Below, piece by piece: positions 58,749 to 64,000 of a DNA stretch of 64,000 nucleotides. The notes under the pieces were generated by a model, which was not told the origin of the DNA, did no database searches, and saw only the letters and a list, made by a program, of their open reading frames with translations. Source of the stretch: a virus. How positions within the stretch are numbered: the first letter of the stretch is position 1; every line of letters starts with the position of its first letter. The DNA lies in the IMG/VR virus record IMGVR_UViG_3300033048_000096. One strand, written 5' to 3'. A program made the translations under genes and the position numbers.

Positions 58749-59255
58749 TTATAAAAACTTTTTTAATTCTGGAAAAGTACTGGCTAATGCTAATCTTTTT
58801 GCCTTAGGCTGCTCGTCGAAAACATCCTTAACAAATGCTTCATCATTCGTCGCGCTATCAAGTAATGCAGCTTTAAATGTTATTATATCATTAGATGAAA
58901 AGCCGTACTTGTCAGATGAAAAGCCGGCTACAGGTACCTTATTATATGATAGTGTGACGTTGTTTTTGTCGTAATTGCTAGTTACCGTCCAGTTGCCATC
59001 ACCAGACTTATCATACTGCGGATCTGAAGCTCGGACTAGATGGGGGCTTCCGTCGACATCCTGAACAACCCACAAACCATCGTAAGGATCATTCTCCATT
59101 CTGAAAACATCAAATGCAACACGCTTAATCGTTCCGTTACTCTCTAACTCTTCAGAATAAGCAATTTTATTTTTATTGCTAACACTACTTGATGTTCTTT
59201 CAATAACATCCTGTAAAACCCTATCAATGTTCGCTAAGTATTTTTCTTTAGACAT
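58749..59255 (-). CDS. Hypothetical protein
   Basis: Likely start MSKEKY (GAGGG RBS). Confidence 0.6.
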   Translation of the reverse strand: MSKEKYLANIDRVLQDVIERTSSSVSNKNKIAYSEELESNGTIKRVAFDVFRMENDPYDGLWVVQDVDGSPHLVRASDPQYDKSGDGNWTVTSNYDKNNVTLSYNKVPVAGFSSDKYGFSSNDIITFKAALLDSATNDEAFVKDVFDEQPKAKRLALASTFPELKKFL

Positions 59256-59309
59256 TTCAAGCCCTCGTATGTAATTTTCCAATGTTATTAATAGAAATTC
59301 TATTGTAGA

Positions 59310-59744
59310 TTAATCCTGAATTCCATTCTTTACGTTATTGATTTTTATCAATATATGCTGTATATTTCCGTTATTCTTGCAAATCTTTCTTAATTTCTTA
59401 ATAATACCGCCATAACGCTTCTTGTTGTTTTTATAATCTATATTTCCGTGCATTGCCTTATGTACAGCCGATTGGGTTATCCCTAGATGGTCAGCTATCT
59501 CATTTTGAGTCTTCCCCATAAGCCTCATTAATAGTATTTTTTTCTGATGCTCCGTTAAAAACTCGCCGTGGACCACGTCATATAGCTCCTCCATCAAGGT
59601 TTCTCTCAAATCAGCGATCTTCTCGTTCGTTGTAGTCTCCGATAAAATGTGACCGATTCCGCGCTCCATCGGAAAATTACTCAACTTTGCCTGGTCAAAG
59701 GATATCTCCACAATCTTATGCTGGTATAACTTACTCTTGTTCAT
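59310..59744 (-). CDS. HTH transcription regulator (sigma-70 region 4-like)
   Basis: LTEHQKKILLMRLMGKTQNEIADHLGITQSAVHK. Confidence 0.75.
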   Translation of the reverse strand: MNKSKLYQHKIVEISFDQAKLSNFPMERGIGHILSETTTNEKIADLRETLMEELYDVVHGEFLTEHQKKILLMRLMGKTQNEIADHLGITQSAVHKAMHGNIDYKNNKKRYGGIIKKLRKICKNNGNIQHILIKINNVKNGIQD

Positions 59745-61281
59745 AATAATTCCCCTTATTAAACTCTTCTTCTAATATAACTTCAATATTCTTTAGATCA
59801 AAATGAGAAATCCTTAACAAGTTGATTTCAAACTTCTCACAATAATCGTTCTTTATCTTATCTAACTTCTTGATATAACTTAAGCTATCCTCGTTACCGC
59901 CCCAACCAGTTATGTGCTGTAAGCCGTCATACTCAATGCATAAATTATGCTCCTTAACATAAAAATCAAACTTTAACTCACGCTTATTTCTGCAGTCACT
60001 AAACTTCTTCTGAGTCTCAAATGATAAACACCTGCTCTTTAAAAATTTAAAGACGCTTCTCTCTCCAATACTCTGCTTGCAGTCAGCGCAACCGTGACCC
60101 GATAAATGATCTGACGGCCATTGACTAAAATCACCATGATTAACGCAAGTTATGATAACCTTTGCCTTCGATGACGTATAATTCAAATTAGGATACTCAT
60201 ATAGATTCTGATGTATACCTCTGGCTAGTGATATAAACTCCTCATTGCTATATTTTCGGTCATGGCTCTTTGATAGCATTATACTCTCTCCACATTTCTG
60301 ACACCCATGCGTCCTTAAGTGATTTGTCGGTGTTTGCTCAAATATGCCATGCTTCGCGCATGACATCCTATATAGAAAACTCATTCCTCTGTAATTTTCT
60401 TCACTATATATATACTTATCCCCATGAACCTCGTTGGCTTTTTTTATAAACTCATTAAAATCATCCCTATTCTTATTTGCAGCTGAATTAATTCCGCAAA
60501 GCTTGCAACCAAACCCTACGATGTGAGCCTTCGGTGTTTGATAAAACTTTCCATGCTCATTACATATTATACCAACTTTGATCCCAGAATTCTTGTAAAT
60601 AATATCATCATAATTATACAGGCTTCCGTGAACCTTAAAAGCCTTCTCCTTGAATGTCGAAAATAAACCACTCCTCCTCTTTTCTAACTTGCAAGAATTG
60701 CAACCACCACTGCCCTTTAAATGAAGATTATTCTTAATCCATACTCTACCATGATCGTTGCAATAAATCTCAATCTCTTTTCCGAGCTTATAATGATAAT
60801 TATCTCCATGAATCTTTTTAGCATTAATAACGAAGTCTGAAAAATTAAACGATGAACGCAAAGAACGCTCCTTCCTTGAGCAATCTTTGCAACCTTGATC
60901 TCCATACAAATGATTAAAAGGAGCTTGGTAAAATTTACCGTGCTCCTTACATATAATTTTTATTCTTATTTTCGATGTTATATAATCAACCTCACTATAA
61001 TCATACCTACCCGAATATAACCCGTAAGCTTTCTTTAGAAATATTTCAAAGTTTCCGCTTCGCCTTTTCGCGTTCCTAACCTCAGCGCGACATAACTTGC
61101 AACCTCCATATTTACTCAGAAACGTCCCGGGCTTCTGAGAGAAATCTCCATGAGTTAAACAGGTTATTATGACATCCTCCCAAGAACCTAAATATTTCAC
61201 TCGCTCATAAGAATATAATTCCCCATATAACTTAATGGCCTTATCTAAGAAATTATAACTTAAACTACTTTTCATTGCCAA
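59731..61281 (-). CDS. Free-standing homing endonuclease: 6 zinc-binding repeats plus a Vsr/DUF559-like domain
   Basis: Six C..HG.F.Q....H....GC..C repeats; SIGE...LKFDFYV....CIEYDGLQH...DKIKN.YC....I.LLRI. Confidence 0.85.
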   Translation of the reverse strand: MAMKSSLSYNFLDKAIKLYGELYSYERVKYLGSWEDVIITCLTHGDFSQKPGTFLSKYGGCKLCRAEVRNAKRRSGNFEIFLKKAYGLYSGRYDYSEVDYITSKIRIKIICKEHGKFYQAPFNHLYGDQGCKDCSRKERSLRSSFNFSDFVINAKKIHGDNYHYKLGKEIEIYCNDHGRVWIKNNLHLKGSGGCNSCKLEKRRSGLFSTFKEKAFKVHGSLYNYDDIIYKNSGIKVGIICNEHGKFYQTPKAHIVGFGCKLCGINSAANKNRDDFNEFIKKANEVHGDKYIYSEENYRGMSFLYRMSCAKHGIFEQTPTNHLRTHGCQKCGESIMLSKSHDRKYSNEEFISLARGIHQNLYEYPNLNYTSSKAKVIITCVNHGDFSQWPSDHLSGHGCADCKQSIGERSVFKFLKSRCLSFETQKKFSDCRNKRELKFDFYVKEHNLCIEYDGLQHITGWGGNEDSLSYIKKLDKIKNDYCEKFEINLLRISHFDLKNIEVILEEEFNKGNYYEQE

Positions 61282-62033
61282 CCTGGTATGTACTTATCTA
61301 GATCCTCGGAAAATGACTCGGCAGTCCCTCCCTTTAGAAAATAATCGTCTATGTCCTTGCAGTTAGGGGGTAAGGATAAAAATCTTAACTTAATCCCCTT
61401 ATTGCAATATTTTAAATATATCCTCTCCATAGATTTTCGACCGCCATCATCCCGGTCCAATACGAATGTTATCTTGTCTGTATATCTAGACAACTTAAGC
61501 ATGTGATTCTTTGAGAATGATGTTCCACATATAGCAACCGAATTGTTAATGCCGTTCGAATCTAATGCTATATGATCAAAATATCCCTCAACTACATAAG
61601 CATTGCTCTCGCGAAACATACTGCCACGAGACTTATCTAGACCGTATAAATAATCTCCCTTTTTAAATGTACTGTTATTATACTTGGGCAAATTAAACAC
61701 ACCGCGCTCTATAGGATCCAATAAGCATCTGCCACCTATACCGATCGGCTCACCATATTCGGAAAAAATAGGAAATATTAAATGAAAAAATTCCGAGAAC
61801 TTGCTGTTCCCAGAATAATCTACTATACTTAATTTGTTCAAAACACCTTCAGACACAAACTCTATTAACTTGGAAACACTCTGGGGGAAATATCCAATCT
61901 TATACTTCTCTATCGACTCCAAAGATAAACCGCGCTCACTCTGTAAATAATTTAAACTCTCATTAGAATTGGTTAGGTTTAGGTGGCAAATATCTATTAA
62001 CTTGCTCATTTCAGCTTGCTCATCTTTATTCAT
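61272..62033 (-). CDS. dnaG: DNA primase catalytic core (DnaG-like Toprim, no zinc-binding domain)
   Basis: YL..ERGLS..SIEKYKIGY, IFPI....G..IG..GR, KY.NS...K...LYGL, VVEGYFD, CGTS, LDRDDGG. Confidence 0.88.
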   Translation of the reverse strand: MNKDEQAEMSKLIDICHLNLTNSNESLNYLQSERGLSLESIEKYKIGYFPQSVSKLIEFVSEGVLNKLSIVDYSGNSKFSEFFHLIFPIFSEYGEPIGIGGRCLLDPIERGVFNLPKYNNSTFKKGDYLYGLDKSRGSMFRESNAYVVEGYFDHIALDSNGINNSVAICGTSFSKNHMLKLSRYTDKITFVLDRDDGGRKSMERIYLKYCNKGIKLRFLSLPPNCKDIDDYFLKGGTAESFSEDLDKYIPGWQ

Positions 62034-62051
62034 TTAACTTAACTGCTCCAC

Positions 62052-62402
62052 TTAATCTTTGTCGTCAGATATTTTGTCACCCTGAATTTGACGTCTCGCA
62101 TATATCGAAAATTTAGAAACGTTGAATTTACAATCACAAGACTCACAGTCTACTCCAACTAAACTACTTCCAACTACCTTAGTCTCTACATTCTTTTCGC
62201 AAATAAGACATTCATACTTAAATGACTTCTTAGAATTATTTCTAACTATATCTCCAAGACTCTTCATGCTGGCTTTGGTGAACGGTGAAACCTTTAAGCA
62301 TTCACCGCATAACTCACAAACTACTTCGTCTTTACTGACATCCAGAGATGCCGTTGTTGTTGATTTTTTTCCCGCACACCCCGGGTTGCAGTTGATAAGC
62401 AT
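62052..62402 (-). CDS. Zinc-ribbon protein
   Basis: CNPGC, CELC, CLIC and CESCDC motifs. Confidence 0.6.
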   Translation of the reverse strand: MLINCNPGCAGKKSTTTASLDVSKDEVVCELCGECLKVSPFTKASMKSLGDIVRNNSKKSFKYECLICEKNVETKVVGSSLVGVDCESCDCKFNVSKFSIYARRQIQGDKISDDKD

Positions 62403-62417
62403 AAATATTCTCCCTCA

Positions 62418-63343
62418 TTAGTAGATTTCAAAGCGTAAACTCGCTCTAATTAATTTTTCTATATTGTTAAACTCAAAGTATGGTATTCTTAGTAGACCAA
62501 TACCGTTATCCTCGCAAAATTTATTCTTAATCTCATCTCTACGCTTCGTGCCAGCTAATGACTTCTCGGGATTTCTCCACCAGCCTCTGTAGTGCTGGAT
62601 CCCATCATACTCGATACATAGATTGTAATCAGGCAAATAAAAATCAAATTTAAGTTTGCTCTTGTTAATGCATCCAGTGAATGTTTTCTGACAGACAAAC
62701 TCTATGTTTTGCCCCTTAAGTACTTCAAGCACTTTCTTCTCACCTCTACTGAGACTGCATTTGGGGCAGCCTGACCCGCTATAGTGATAGGCCGCAATCT
62801 GATGGAATATACCATGCTTCTTGCATATAATAGCGACTTCACTCTTATTCCCTGTGTAGTTGACCTCAGAGTAATCGTAAAGATCGCCGTGAATAGCTTT
62901 TACCTTAATTATAAATTCTTCTGTATTTGATCTTCTTGCCGAAGATATCCTATTTAATCCACACAGCTTACAACCTCGACCACCCAAATGAGACTTTGGA
63001 GATTGTAAAAATTCTCCATGAATTTTGCAAATTATAATTACCCTTAAATCAGAACTAATATAGTCAACCGCTGAGTAATCATAAATGAACTCATGAATAA
63101 TGCCAGCCTTAGCTGCGAAGCAATCCTTGGAGGATGATAACTTTTTAGAGATCGCTTCTAACCCGCACTGATTGCATTTATATCCGCTAAGATGATTATT
63201 CGGCCTCTGCCTATACTCACCATGATCGGGACATATTATAGTGACTTTTTTTTTGATCCCACATAATCAACCTTGGAATAATCATACTTGCTACCATGAA
63301 CCTTTATGGCGCGCTCTATGAAGATTTCTGTGGTAATCCGCAT
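62418..63343 (-). pseudogene. Homing endonuclease (3 zinc-binding repeats plus Vsr-like domain) interrupted by a frameshift in an A9 run
   Basis: ATG at 63343 (MRITTEIFIERAIKVHGSKYDYSKVDYVGSK). The frame breaks at A9 (63254-63246); the -1 frame continues VTIICPDHGEY... into the 62418..62987 ORF. Total 926 nt, one short of a multiple of 3. Confidence 0.8.
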
Positions 63344-63345
63344 GC

Positions 63346-64000
63346 TTAGAACATTCCCTCAATAGTGTCGGGCATAATCATCTCCTCAATTACTTCGGTG
63401 CTATGATCGTTGTTCATATATTGCTCACGAATCTGACCCTCAAGCTCGCCCTTATTTTTCTCAATATATTCCAAAGCCAAACTCTTAGAGGTAATGGAGT
63501 TTCCGTTAATTATATATGTACGATTATTTGGACGAGTTATTACCCCCTCCAAAACGCCCGTCTCTAAAATCTGCTCACTCACCATCGTCACTCCTCTAGT
63601 AAAGTCAATGAAAAACTCGGCCTTCTTATGAGGGCGGCCCAACTTATTCTTGTCAACCTTGATTCGAACTTTGTGTCCTATTTTTTCTTGGTTCGAATCT
63701 AGGATCATATTATCCACTCCTGACAGCGAGGATACCGAAAGCTTTACCGAGCATGCGTGTGATAACGCACTTCCACCTGGGGTCGATGTTCCGGCATACA
63801 TACCTATTCCAACTTTGAGATGATTGATGCCTACGAAGCATACATTTGATAGAGCAATTGCTGGTGTCAAGCTTTTAAGCTCTGCGGTCAAAAACCTTGA
63901 TAGGGTGGCGACATTTATTTTGCCAACTTCGCTTTGCGCCTCCTGCGGCACCTGCATGCTCGCTATTGAGTCGAGAACGATAATTCCCATTTTCCCCAAA
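63346..64000 (-). CDS. recA: RecA/UvsX-like recombinase (C-terminal part; start outside the window)
   Basis: Walker B IIVLDSIA, FVGINH, TPGG.AL.H..SV.L, IGH......KNKL..P...AEF.I.F..G. Confidence 0.9.
   Translation of the reverse strand, partial: LGKMGIIVLDSIASMQVPQEAQSEVGKINVATLSRFLTAELKSLTPAIALSNVCFVGINHLKVGIGMYAGTSTPGGSALSHACSVKLSVSSLSGVDNMILDSNQEKIGHKVRIKVDKNKLGRPHKKAEFFIDFTRGVTMVSEQILETGVLEGVITRPNNRTYIINGNSITSKSLALEYIEKNKGELEGQIREQYMNNDHSTEVIEEMIMPDTIEGMF

Noticed and set aside
1-64000. Stop-codon reassignment, as in some large phages
   Set aside because: Genes are full length and tightly packed under code 11, with TAA, TAG and TGA all used as stops.

Overview
This window is a segment of a large, AT-rich tailed dsDNA phage genome (Caudoviricetes with a contractile tail). 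It uses the standard genetic code, and almost every gene is on the minus strand. In transcription order (right to left) it carries: a RecA/UvsX recombinase (partial), a DnaG-type primase lacking its zinc finger, an HTH regulator, and a greatly expanded head module. The head module holds a putative TerS, about a dozen orphan proteins, a CCA/poly(A)-polymerase-like nucleotidyltransferase fused to an M15-like peptidase, a GpA-like TerL, portal, a DUF192 fusion, a protease-scaffold, decoration proteins and an HK97-fold major capsid protein. Next come an accessory island (HNH genes and the only plus-strand gene, an ADP-ribosyltransferase-fold protein), neck proteins, membrane/lysis-type genes, two paralogous fibre/spike proteins, tail terminator, sheath, tube, a frameshifting tail chaperone, tape measure and baseplate genes. 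Three free-standing endonucleases carry 3, 6 and 7 zinc-binding repeats. The most interesting signals are: (i) a shared helical-hairpin motif and a dense K-x-A/S motif in head-module proteins (the hairpin also begins the ART), suggesting a cargo addressing and maturation system; (ii) the nucleotidyltransferase-peptidase fusion; and (iii) two non-coding loci sharing CAGAGATTCG at apparent strand-skew switches (candidate origins). All family assignments come from motif recognition by eye; no database search was run.
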